DNA of 64,000 nucleotides from Octopus bimaculoides (lineage: Eukaryota). The notes under the pieces were generated by a model. The model was not told the DNA's origin. It ran no database searches and saw only the letters and a program-made list of their open reading frames with translations. The stretch is taken from the NCBI RefSeq assembly GCF_001194135.2, contig NC_068986.1, forward strand, positions 91,451,360 to 91,515,359, written 5' to 3'. The translations under genes and the position numbers were made by a program. Of this stretch, positions 13,193-24,589 are shown in pieces (the first letter of the stretch is position 1; each line of letters starts with the position of its first letter).

Positions 13193-13476
13193 AGTTCTAT
13201 ATTTAAGAGATGAGGAATTATGTACATTATTTACATTTGACGGATATTTGTCCTCATCTTGTTTGTTGTTAACACAACGTCTCGGCTGATATACCCTCCA
13301 ACCATCATCAGGTGTCTTGGGGGAAATTTCGAACCTGAGTTCTCATTCTTAAGGTATTATTCAGGTTAGTAGGCCGCGCTCTTAACCACTACGCCATATG
13401 CCCACAGGCATATGGCGTAGTGGTTAAGACCGCGGGCTACTAACCACAAGATTTCGAGGTCGATTCCAAGCAGTGA

Positions 13477-13527
<51 letters not shown>

Positions 13528-13690
13528 CAACAACAACAACAACAATAACATCGAAAAATACGTTAGGAATGAGAACCCAGGTTCGAAATTTCCCCAATAT
13601 ACCTGATGAAGGCTGGAGGGTATATCAGCCGAAACGTTGCGTTAACAACAAGCAAGATGAGGGCAAATATCCGTCAAATGTAAATAATGG
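13193..13690. mobile_element. Family E foldback element: two divergent arms of tRNA-like head + (AAT)n + hammerhead-like motif
   Basis: Perfect 22-bp central inverted repeat around 'caca' (13403-13406). Right arm A box TGGCGTAGTGG (13413-13423), B-box-like GAGGTCGATTCC (13456-13467). Left arm carries internal deletions. Confidence 0.8.
13596..13645 (+). ncRNA. Minimal type-I hammerhead ribozyme-like motif (PLE type)
   Basis: CTGATGA (13603-09), A, helix II GGCTG/CAGCC, GAAA (13631-34), palindromic AACGTT, then GCGTT. Helix I is degenerate in this copy. Confidence 0.6.
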
Positions 13691-15577
13691 AAATTTTTTT
13701 ATCTTTTCTTTTTGGTGGGTAGAGTTCCTTGTTAATAATCTATTCTCTGAATATCTTAAGTTCTCATTTCTAAACCACATTTTGCACCAAAAATTCTAGT
13801 AGCTATGTTTTTCAAAGTATTTTGCACGAGACTAAAAGCTGTTAGTAAATGAACTTCTCTTTTTCTCATAATTAGAAAAATAATTGAATGTTATAAATTC
13901 TTTGATTATGTGCAGAATTATATATGACACGCCACTCCAGCTCGGCATTTTTATTTTCCTTTCTCTTCTTTATCCTTTATCTCTCTTCCAGCCCTTATTT
14001 CTTTTTGAATAAGCATAAAATATTTTAAATGTTATATCTTAAATTTTACAATCTCACTGTCCTTGTTTTGAACATATAAAGAAAGTATGTATTGCTTGTA
14101 ATTCATAATGAAGCTTTTAGTCATATCGAAAAGCGGTAGCGTGAAACTTGAAGTAAACCGGTGTAAAACCAGCCTTAATTGTTATTAACTCTGCATGGGT
14201 ACTTTTTTTTTCTTCTTTGAGTGCCTGATGCGTGCGCGCCTGCACACAAACACACACACACACGCACATACAAACACACACACCTTCACTGTGTATATGT
14301 ATGAGTGCGCGTGCGCGTGTAATACCGCATGAAATAAATACAAAAATATATACATATATATTACATCTAAACATGTATACATGACGAAATAGTATAGTAA
14401 ATATTGATTCGAATGGAAAGATATTGAAAGAGATAAAAGAGATAAAACAGAGATAATACTGCAAAAGAGAGAAAAGGGTAGAGAGAGAAAGACGAACAGA
14501 CACAGGGACAGACAGACAGGCAGATAGTAAGACATAGATATGTTTTGCCATAGTATGAGTCAGTTACAAATATTGAGAGAGATAGACTACTAGATATATA
14601 GGTAAAGAAAAAGAGAGGGGAGAGAGAGACAGAGAGAAGCATGTAGAAGAGAGACCTATAGAAAGAGAAAGTCTAATTAACAGATTTAAGTGAGAAAAAG
14701 AGACATTAGGTGATGTATACAAAAGCGAAGGGGGGAAGATAAACATACAGGCACAAGTAAATGATATAGGAAAGGGGACGAAACAGAGCCACATAATGGA
14801 TTAGAGATAGATAGATAGATAAAAAGAGAAAAAGAAACCGAGAAGAGAGAGTTATAGAACAGAAAGACACACACACACATACACACACATATATATATAT
14901 AAAGGAGAAGTGAGATTGAGATTTGAGGTGATAGTAGGGCTAATTCAGAGAGATATAATGTCATGGGCTAAAGGGGAGAATCTGAAATAGAGCTGCGATA
15001 GAGAGAGTGGGGTGGAAGGAAAAGAGAAAGAGAGGGCAAACAAGTAAGCTTACAAAGATTACATCCAAAACAAAAATATACACCTAATATCAAAGAAGGA
15101 AGAGGAACAGACAAAACACACGGGCAGATAGAAAAAGAGTGATATAGAAAACAAGGTACATCCATTATGAAATAAAGAGAGTAACTGAGAATGGAAAAGA
15201 AAGAAAATTTTAAAGAAAGAGAGGTCATTAGCGTCTTTTCATTCATTTTCGGTTTTTCCTTTTCAAAATCACGTTTGCATACACACACACACACTACTTC
15301 TCTATCATTAAATACAGTATTGCTGTTGTTATCACTATAGTCGTCATCGTTGTCGTCACCACCACCACCTCCACCACTATCACCAGCATCAACAATAATA
15401 ATCACACACCCATACACAATCTCCCTCTTTTTCATGAGTGTTATGCTTCTAATCATGAATATTATAACATTAACATCACAGTCACAATCATTTAAAGCGT
15501 CATTATCATCAGTTTTGTTTTTTTAAATCATCTCTATCATCATAATTACAAATGATGTTTATATTTGTTCATTTTAC

Positions 15578-15755
15578 CTGATAAGCATTTCCGAGCCTCC
15601 AAGGCGAACTTCTCCCGATACCGGCGAATCTCCTTCCCTAGGTCCCGTTCTGGTGGTCCCTCGATGGCCGAGAAAACTGACGCTCCGATGATAAGGTACA
15701 ATACGTAGAAACATATGAGGACAATAAGCCGAATGTTACTCTTTGCCAAACCCAT
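15578..15755 (-). CDS. KCNK1: First coding exon of a two-pore-domain potassium channel (K2P, TWIK/KCNK1-like): N-terminus, M1 helix and cap helix up to the cap cysteine
   Basis: ATG at 15755 in good context (gcaATGG). Translation MGLAKSNIRLIVLICFYVLYLIIGASVFSAIEGPPERDLGKEIRRYREKFALEARKCLS matches the K2P M1 pattern (Y-L-x-x-G-A-x-V-F-S-x-x-E) and the TWIK-1 cap (…HECLS). The exon ends at a canonical donor CAG|GTAAAA after 59 codons + 1 nt (phase 1). K2P family call is firm; KCNK1 subfamily call is from memory of TWIK-1 and is less certain. Confidence 0.88.
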
Positions 15756-16083
15756 TGCGACCGATTCGATGTGTGTGCATCAGTGGTTCGTTCCACTCTC
15801 TCTTTCACGGCGCAACTGTGAACGTTAGCTATATAAAGCGCAGCAGACTTGAAGATTACGGATGGCCAAAAGCACTGCAGTTAGCCGTACCTCTACATAT
15901 AGCTTATTATATGGGAAGCTATTATAAGCAGCCAAATCGTTACTTGCTGCCACTACTGCTGCTGCTGCTATTGTCGCCGTAATATCAACATCAGCAGCAA
16001 TACCACAGCCGACTGTTGTTATTATGGCTGTCTATCATAATTCCATTCATTTCTAGGATGCATTATAGGAATATAAATCGACT

Positions 16084-16235
16084 CATTAATTAACTGGTAT
16101 TTTATTTTATTTTATCGATCCCGGTGGGATAAAAGACAAAGTCTGCTCTTGCGGGATTTGAACTCCAGACGTAAAGAACCACAAGGTATTTTATCAACCA
16201 GTCTATTGATTCTGCCAATCTGCCGTCGTTATTTA
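16084..16235 (-). mobile_element. SINE family B, degenerate copy
   Basis: Reverse complement of head and core. Confidence 0.65.
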
Positions 16236-16487
16236 TTGATGTTAAGAATGAACGAAGTTTCACTTTACTTACGTCACTAAAATCACCTGAAATGCAGAGC
16301 TGAAAATATCTATGCTTAGCACTCGCGAAGCTGTAATCAGGGTGACCGGTTTCCAAGTCCAGTTGATGTCGTCTTAACTTACAGACGATATCGTTGGAAA
16401 AAGATTAATAAATAAACGTTGCTCCATCCTTTCCACTCACAAACAAATATTTTGCCGTTTTCAAAAGATTTATTAAGTTAAGACCGT

Positions 16488-16862
16488 GGAGGCGCAATGG
16501 CCCAGTGGTTAGAGCAGCGGACTCGTGGTCATAGGGTCGCGGTTTCGATTCCTAGACCGGGCGTTGTGAGTGTTTATTGAGTGAAAACACCTAAAGCTCC
16601 ACGAGGCTCCAGCAGGGGGTGGTGGCGAACCCTGCTGTACTCTTCCACCACAACTTTCTCTCACTCTTTCTTCCTGTTTCTGTTGTGCCTGTAATTCAAA
16701 GGGTCAGCCTTGTCACACTGTGTCACGCTGAATATCCCCGAGAACTACGTTAAGGGTACACGTGTCTGTGGAGTGCTCAGCCACTTGCACGTTAATTTCA
16801 CGAGCAGGCTGTTCCGTTGATCGGATCAACTGGAACCCTCGACGTCGTAAGCGACGGAGTGC
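16488..16862 (+). mobile_element. tRNA-head SINE family A
   Basis: A box TGGCCCAGTGG, B box GGTTTCGATTCC. Near-identical copies at 36196-36581 and 50214-50478. Confidence 0.9.
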
Positions 16863-17109
16863 NNNNNNNNNNNNNNNNNNNNNNNNNNNNNNNNNNNNNN
16901 NNNNNNNNNNNNNNNNNNNNNNNNNNNNNNNNNNNNNNNNNNNNNNNNNNNNNNNNNNNNNNNNNNNNNNNNNNNNNNNNNNNNNNNNNNNNNNNNNNNN
17001 NNNNNNNNNNNNNNNNNNNNNNNNNNNNATGTATCAGAAACGAATGAATCTCACAACAGCCTCCCTCCATCTGTATTAAATGTGTCCTTCGAAGATATTT
17101 GCTAAGGAG

Positions 17110-17445
17110 TGACAGGCGTGGCTGTGTAGTAAGAAGCTTGCTTCCCAACCACATGGTTCCAGGTTCAGTCCCACTGTGTGGCACCTTGGGCAAGTCTCTT
17201 CTAATATAGCCTTGGACTGACCAAAGCTTTGTGAATGGAGTTGGAAAATGGAAACTGAATGAAGCCCGTCATGTGTGTGTGTGTGTATCCCACCACCGCT
17301 TAACAACTGGTGTTGATGTGTTTACGTTCCCATAACTTAACGATAGAATAAGTACTAGGCTTTGAAAAATAAGCCCTGGGGTCCATTTGTTCGACTAAAG
17401 CCCTTCAAGACGGTAGTCAAATGATTGAAACAAATAAAAGATAAA
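17110..17445 (+). mobile_element. tRNA-head SINE family C (internal microsatellite)
   Basis: 'gtggctgtgtagtaagaagcttgcttcccaaccacatggttccaggttcagtcccactg…gaaacaaataaaag'. Confidence 0.85.
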
Positions 17446-17593
17446 GGATATCGATATATACCCATCATCGAAATGCTGAGCTTGTGCTGCTTACGATAGA
17501 AAGAAGTTCAGATTCGAGGTCAACTATGTATTTTATCCATTCAAGACCGACATTAATATGAAGGAGACCCTAGTACTCATTCTTGAAAGTCTG

Positions 17594-17845
17594 ATACTTA
17601 TTTTATCGGTCACTTAAGCCTAATCGCTAAGTTACGGTGACGTAAACAAAACCAGCATTGGTCTCCGAGCGGTAATGGTGGTGACGACAAACACTAATAC
17701 AAGGCGAACACTCACACGCGCGCGCACATACATACGACGGACTTCTTTCTGTTTGTGTATGACAAATCCATTCACAAGACATTGGTCAGTCCGAGGCTAT
17801 AGTAGTAGACACTTGCCCAAGGTGCCACGCACCGTACCCGAAACC
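17594..17845 (-). mobile_element. SINE family C, inverted relative to the 17110 copy
   Basis: Reverse complement of the family C body. Confidence 0.8.
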
Positions 17846-17873
17846 TGTTGTTCATCTGTATTTCTTTGCCTTG

Positions 17874-18766
17874 CGAGGAGGTACCTAAAAGTAACTGAAA
17901 ACGTTCTCCGTGGGACAAGTCCGTTGTAGTTCAGGCTTCTGCCGCTAGAAGCCACTTGATGCGACCCTCAGGCATCAGTCTGCCGATTGCGTCTTCGTGT
18001 GATGTCGTATAGCTACGTGGTGTGTCTTTGTTTTGCAGTGCTTCTCCCCTGTTCATCGATTTTTGCGATGGCTGAAATGAAGGAACAGCATGCTTCCGTG
18101 AAATTCTGTTTTCTGCTGGGGAAAACAGTTGTCATGTTTCATAAAGATCACAAGGACACTGCCATGAGCAAAACAAAAGTTACGAGTAATTTTTACGCTT
18201 TAGGAATGGTCGCTTGAAGACCAATCTCGTTCAGGGCGACCGTGGACCTCCCGAACGAATGAAACCCTCACGAAAATTCATGAACTGATCTTAGAGGACA
18301 TTCGTCGAACAATTGACGAACTTGTTGATATGGCTGGTATGTCCTGGAGCTCCCGCCAACGAATTTAGAACGAAGAGTTACGAATAAAAAGAGCTGCAAC
18401 AAAATTTGTGCCTCGCTTGCTCAAGTAAGATCAAAAGCAGTCACGACTGACTGCGTGTCTTGAACTGAAGGAATAGATGATAGTTGGTCCGGAACTTTTT
18501 TCGGAGGTTGTTACTGGTGACGAAAGCTGGTGCTACGGAATTTGCAGATGTGGGAGAGGCGAAGAAGAAAAAAAAAAAACGACGGAAGCATTAAAAGGCA
18601 TCACTTCGCAAGTGTTCCAGCATTGCTTCGAACCGTGGAAAACGAGTCTGGACCGATGCATTGCTTGAAATGGAGAATACTTTGAAAGCAATAAAAGTGT
18701 TAACATGTAAAACTAAGTGAATAAAATAATATTGCAAAATTCCGGTTTCTTTTGTGTACCTCCTCA
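17874..18766 (+). mobile_element. Internally deleted mariner (Tc1/mariner) transposon
   Basis: TIRs CGAGGAGGTACCTAAAAGTAACTGAAA / TCCGGTTTCTTTTGTGTACCTCCTCA, followed by TA. Transposase remnants MAEMKEQHASVKFCFLLGKT and VVTGDESWCYG (first catalytic D). Confidence 0.9.
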
Positions 18767-20268
18767 TACAAAATTGCAATTTCTTTCGACTAAATAAAAT
18801 AGTTACCGCAAAAGGGTAGCATGTACATATTTTTCCCGAAGGTTGCAGAGAGTAGGGTGACAGGTTCGAATGATCATACCCCTATAGCCGGCGTGTGCCA
18901 AAGACCTAGAGCAGTCGTGAACTGCCGTTCTTGTAGAGATCAGTAGGCTCCCAGAGCAAACTGTAACGCCAACCCGATTGGACGGCTGGAAACCGACCAA
19001 TACGAACACAAAATTCGGCTAATCACAAGGTCATGTGACCTGCTGGAACGAAAAGGGCTTGTGGAGCTGATATTCCGGTATTTAAGCCTAGATGAGCCAA
19101 AATGAAAACATTTCACAAGATGACAGAGTGAATTACTTCTGCTACAGATTACTCCCCTGACAGAACATTTGTCATAGACAAAAGTGCGACACGCAAAAAG
19201 AGACCGGTAGCAGAAGAGAGAATGTGTCAATGTACAGAAAAGTGTACAAACAGTCGAAAATAATTGAAAAAATAATTGTCGAAAATTTGCTGAAGCAGAA
19301 GAAAAGCAAAGCAAAATAAACATTTCAGGACCAAATGCAAAATTCAACGCTCAGTATTAATATGCTGTGTCAGAGTGGATAGCATTAGGCAGAAAACATT
19401 TATGTGTGTATGTATGTATGAATGTTGAGCATAACATATTTGACAGTCATAAATGTGTGAACAAAATATTTAACAATCAAAAACAGGAACAATGTGAAAA
19501 AGAGGTCCTGACAAGTGAAAACACGCGAAAAATATGTAAAGCCAGTCTTTCGAAAGTACAAACACGCAAGAAGTTCATTGTGTGTAATAGTGTCCACTTT
19601 AAGATGTTAGTGAATAACTGGTAAGAAGATGCCGGAATCCAAAATGACACTTTAGGATAAAGTAAGGTATATAGGTGTATGGTGTCTAAGAATTGTGTAC
19701 GGGTAGCTGAGAAGATAAGAGAGAGGATGAGGAGGTAGAGGAAGATAGGGTAAAAAAATAGAGCAAAATGAAATGAATTTTAAAAAGAGTAGTAGGTGTC
19801 TGTGGTAGTCTTAAAGTCCATAGGTGTTGGGGAGGAGATCTAGTACCGGAATTTGAACTCAGAACATAACGGCAGACGAAATACCGTTAAGCATTTCGCC
19901 CGGCGTCCTAATATTGGTGGAATTCTGCTTTACGTACACCATATACCTCTTCATAACTTTTGTTATTTTTTCGAATTTTCAGAAAATTTTTTTCGAAAGC
20001 AATTAACTCTTTATTGATTAATGGCGAAAATGAAATTCATGTCAATGATTACTTTACAAAACTACACCAATACACCAAATATGAAATCAATTGGAACAGA
20101 AATTGATGAAACTGAGAAGAGGTAACCAAACAGAAAACATCCAACTTAATACAATTTATTGATAGTATCAATAGCACTACAAACATGAACACACCATGAA
20201 ATTTATCGCGGTAGCATGTAATTCAAGTCGCGAGATAAACACATAGCTTCAGTTATAATGTACGTGTG

Positions 20269-20661
20269 CATGTATGGATTAACCATTAAGCAAAATAAGC
20301 ACGTGCTTATGGCATCAAGGGAAGCAGGATGGGCATCAGAGAAATGGTAGATGGTCTACGGCACAAAAGGAATTACTTTAAACCTGCTAAAATAATATTC
20401 CAAGTGGTTTATATGATCGAAAATATAATTTCGAAGTGTTTCTGGTGTCATAGTGAGGATCTGATTAAAAACTTTGCAATTAAAACAAGTAGGAGAAAAC
20501 TTGAAAAATAAATAGAGCAGAAGTATACAAACATTTTTTTTTTCCATCTTACTATTAGTTTTGTTTCATTTTGACAAATAAAAAATATTTTATGATTTAT
20601 ATTTGAATTACATATATATTTGGGAGCAGCAAAGGCTTCTGTGAGTCTTAATCCGGCCATG
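20269..20661 (+). mobile_element. Non-autonomous hAT element
   Basis: Degenerate TIRs CATGTATGGATTAA / TTAATCCGGCCATG. Internal EDLIKNFAIKTSRRK resembles the hAT dimerisation-domain end. A related fragment lies at 51590-51850. Confidence 0.65.
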
Positions 20662-20793
20662 TATTTATGTATGTATGTATGTATGTATGTATGTATGTAT
20701 GTATGTATGTATGTATGTACGTACGTACGTACGTATGTACGTATGTATGCATGTATTTATGTGAGTGTGTATGTATGTGTGTGTGTATGTCTG

Positions 20794-20835
<42 letters not shown>

Positions 20836-20836
20836 A

Positions 20837-20868
<32 letters not shown>

Positions 20869-20908
20869 GTCTGTCTGTCTATTAATCAATCAATCAATCA
20901 ATCAATCA
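20662..20908. repeat. Compound microsatellite (TATG)n-(TCTA)n-(TCAA)n
   Basis: Direct reading. Confidence 0.95.
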
Positions 20909-21773
20909 AATGGAATGAGTACATTTAACGATCAAAAAGAATAAACACATAAGGCCCAACTTTTATGATACACCTCAGACACTTACTTCATCCAGTGATG
21001 GTTTTCACTACGTAATTTTATGTCCCTCTCGACAAATTTCGGTACAGAATCTTGGAAGAGATTTATGTACATTTACGATATTGAATATTATTGGTCATAC
21101 GATCTCGTGTTAGCAAACATGGCAGCGAACATTCAGACACAAGTGATTTGCTATTTTTAGCCAATAAAATCGTTTTGCTTTTGGTGCGTTCATTTGTCTC
21201 AAAACACTCCTATTGTAGCAGGGTAAAATTTATAAAAAGCTATCGTTATTTGTCGGATAAAAGCTATAGCTATTTGTTGCTGGTGGTTGGGCAAGACGGT
21301 CCGCCCCGAGTGCCCCTTTTATAGGGCGGCACTTTTATAAACTGTAATGTTGGAGAAGCTATATAGAGTGTGAAGGTAGCTGTGGAGCGACAAACTCAAG
21401 GTTACTCCGGACGGTACAGATTGAATATGTGACTAAGTAGGTAAGCAGAGGGTGTCGAAATATCCTAGACCAGAACTCGCAAAAGAAGACATTCTCTCAT
21501 ACCCACTTTCTCACTGTCTCCCAAATTTTCTCACCATAACGATGATCTCACTCATGCACGATGGCGATTGGTTCGAGAGAGTAAAATGTTTTTTCACATA
21601 GCCATATATATATATATATCGCTATACATTCATTATGACAAAGCACAAAGGACTTTATGTTGTTTTATGTATTGCCTAATTGAGTGGTTCTCAAACTGAC
21701 AAATACCGCCCGCGTATCATATACGCACGCACGCACGCACACGCACACACACGCACGCACGCACGCACGCATG

Positions 21774-21814
<41 letters not shown>

Positions 21815-22288
21815 GCACACACACACACGTGGGCGCGCGTGCAAAATTTTTTGCGTCCCTAATTTAACTCTATTCTCCATGGCGTTGGACAAGTTTAAGA
21901 AGTTTTAAACCTTCTGAATTTATTTAAACATGGCAGTTTTATGTCTCCTTTTCAATCCTTACAACCGCCTTCCCAGAAGAGCNNNNNNNNNNNNNNNNNN
22001 NNNNNNNNNNNNNNNNNNNNNNNNNNNNNNNNNNNNNNNNNNNNNNNNNNNNNNNNNNNNNNNCATTAGTTTTACTATGTACATGTTTGTGAATGTGAAC
22101 TGCTACAATTTTCCATTAATTTTGTATGCATTATCAACTGATACTTTTACATATTTTCATAGCTTAAACCCTGTTATTTTGTATATGCCAAGCATGAGCA
22201 ACTATTTTCGAAAAGCGAGGTACACGAAACATGGTTTATCACGAGGTGGGCCGCACTACCAAAAAAAAAAATAATAAAATTCGGTTAA

Positions 22289-23901
22289 CCTTCAGTGTTT
22301 GACCCGAGCAGAAAATGGGGGAAAAATAGCGTAATAGGTGTAAAACAACATGTAGTAAATGAATATGAAAAAAAAAAAAAAAAAATACCCGCTGGCGAAC
22401 GGGAGGGGTGGGGGAGACGACTCGGAAAATTCACACGGTCAAACTCGCAGGATCTGAAAACTCAACGTTAAGAACAGGTTACAAAAATGAAAAAAAAAAT
22501 AGTGTAATATGATGTGTATAACAACGTGTAGTAAACAAATATGAAAAAAAAATGCACGCTGGTGAACGGGGTGAGGGAGAGAGGACTCGGAAAATTCACT
22601 TGCCCAGGGTACCATGCAGTAGGACTGATCCCGGAACCGTGTGGTTGGGAAGAATATCCATTTTCTTGAGGGAAAAAATCGGATCGTATGAATTGTCCTC
22701 TCTCTCTCCCCTCTCTGTTCGCCAGTAAGTGTTTTCAACCATAGCCTCGGGCCGATTAATGCGTCCTGGAGGCCGAAGGTGGCATTTCAGAGGAAAAATT
22801 ACCTAAGCTATAAACGAAGATAAAAACAAAAATTTGCGCGCAAAATTTTTTCGATTCTGTCTTCACCATAATGGTATTAACAGAAACAATTGTAGCGNNN
22901 NNNNNNNNNNNNNNNNNNNNNNNNNNNNNNNNNNNNNNNNNNNNNNNNNNNNNNNNNNNNNNNNNNNNNNNNNNNNNNNNNNNNNNNNNNNNNNNNNNNN
23001 NNNNNNNNNNNNNNNNNNNNNNNNNNNNNNNNNNNNNNNNNNNNNNNNNNNNNNNNNNNNNNNNNNNNNNNNNNNNNNNNNNNNNNNNNNNNNNNNNNNN
23101 NNNNNNNNNNNNNNNNNNNNNNNNNNNNNNNNNNNNNNNNNNNNNNNNNNNNNNNNNNNNNNNNNNNNNNNNNNNNNNNNNNNNNNNNNNNNNNNNNNNN
23201 NNNNNNNNNNNNNNNNNNNNNNNNNNNNNNNNNNNNNNNNNNNNNNNNNNNNNNNNNNNNNNNNNNNNNNNNNNNNNNNNNNNNNNNNNNNNNNNNNNNN
23301 NNNNNNNNNNNNNNNNNNNNNNNNNNNNNNNNNNNNNNNNNNNNNNNNNNNNNNNNNNNNNNNNNNNNNNNNNNNNNNNNNNNNNNNNNNNNNNNNNNNN
23401 NNNNNNNNNNNNNNNNNNNNNNNNNNNNNNNNNNNNNNNNNNNNNNNNNNNNNNNNNNNNNNNNNNNNNCTTGAATATGGACATGCGATAGTGATGATAA
23501 AGAAACGAGAAGGGTGTTTTTTGATTTTTGTGATCGGGTGTTAACGTTGAGTTTTCGGATCCTCTGAGTTTGATCGTGTGAATTCTCCGAGTCCTGTCCT
23601 CACCCCACCAGCGCACATGTTTTTTTCATAATAGTTCAGTAAAAAATTGAAAAAAAATATAGTGTACTAGGTGTAAAATAATGTGTAGTAAACGAATATG
23701 GAGAAAAAAATTGCTCCGATGAACGGGGAAGTGGTGAGAGGACTCGGAACACTCGCGATGTGAATTTTCCGAGTCGTCTTCCCCCACCTCCCGTTCGTCA
23801 GCGCGCATTTTTTTTTTTTCATATTCGTTAACTACATGCTGTTTTACACCTATTACACTATTTTTTTAATTCATTTTTTTGCTCGGGTCAAACACTGGAG
23901 G
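22289..23901. mobile_element. piggyBac-like non-autonomous element with internal subrepeats (spans a 572-N gap)
   Basis: TTAA at 22285-88 and 23902-05. TIRs CCTTCAGTGTTTGACCCGAGCA / TGCTCGGGTCAAACACTGGAGG. Confidence 0.7.
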
Positions 23902-24480
23902 TTAACCAAAAATTCAAGGTTATTTATTGTTAGGTACGCTATTTTGAAAGTCCCGCGGGCCGACGTTTGCTCATTACTTGTATATGCATTCATTCTTGTT
24001 ACACACCATAAACTGCGTTGCTGTTTTTACATTGCAATATTTTCGAATTTCTTTGGATTCGTGATCTGCATATTCTCCGTGACCTAATTAAATGACTGAA
24101 TATATGAATTATTCTCATAGTTATTTCTCCTTATCTTTGGAATCACCTCTATTCATTTACATTATTGCAATTGGTCTTTTTATCGACGCTACACTATCTG
24201 TCCCACAAGCAGATGGAATTTATTTTCGTGTGCCAGAAATTCAGTGCATTATGTCCGATGCATATTGTGCTTGTAATTAGCTTCGATATTCTCTTCTCAA
24301 TCTGTTTTCTATTTATGTATATTTATTACGTGTTCATGGATCCTTAACATTAGTAATAGCAATATTTTTAATAGTGTACAGTATCTTCTTCCCCAAAACA
24401 AAAGAAATATTTATGTCGAGGTGTATTTTGATCTGCGTCTTGAAAAAATTTTTTTATCCATCTATCTAGCTACTCATACA

Positions 24481-24540
<60 letters not shown>

Positions 24541-24589
24541 CACGTACACATTGTTTGTGTGTCTGTGTATTTATATTGTTCGTCCTTCG

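Larger units (their letters stand above)
1..15577 (-). other. Intron 1 of the K2P gene (at least 15.5 kb, runs off the window)
   Basis: GT donor at 15577-15576. No pore-loop (GYG/GFG) exon recognised on the minus strand in 1-15577. Confidence 0.65.

Noticed and set aside
13407-13475. tRNA gene calls for SINE heads (also 16488, 46041, 50214 and others)
   Set aside because: They have A and B boxes but no complete cloverleaf or acceptor stem, and each continues into a repeat body.
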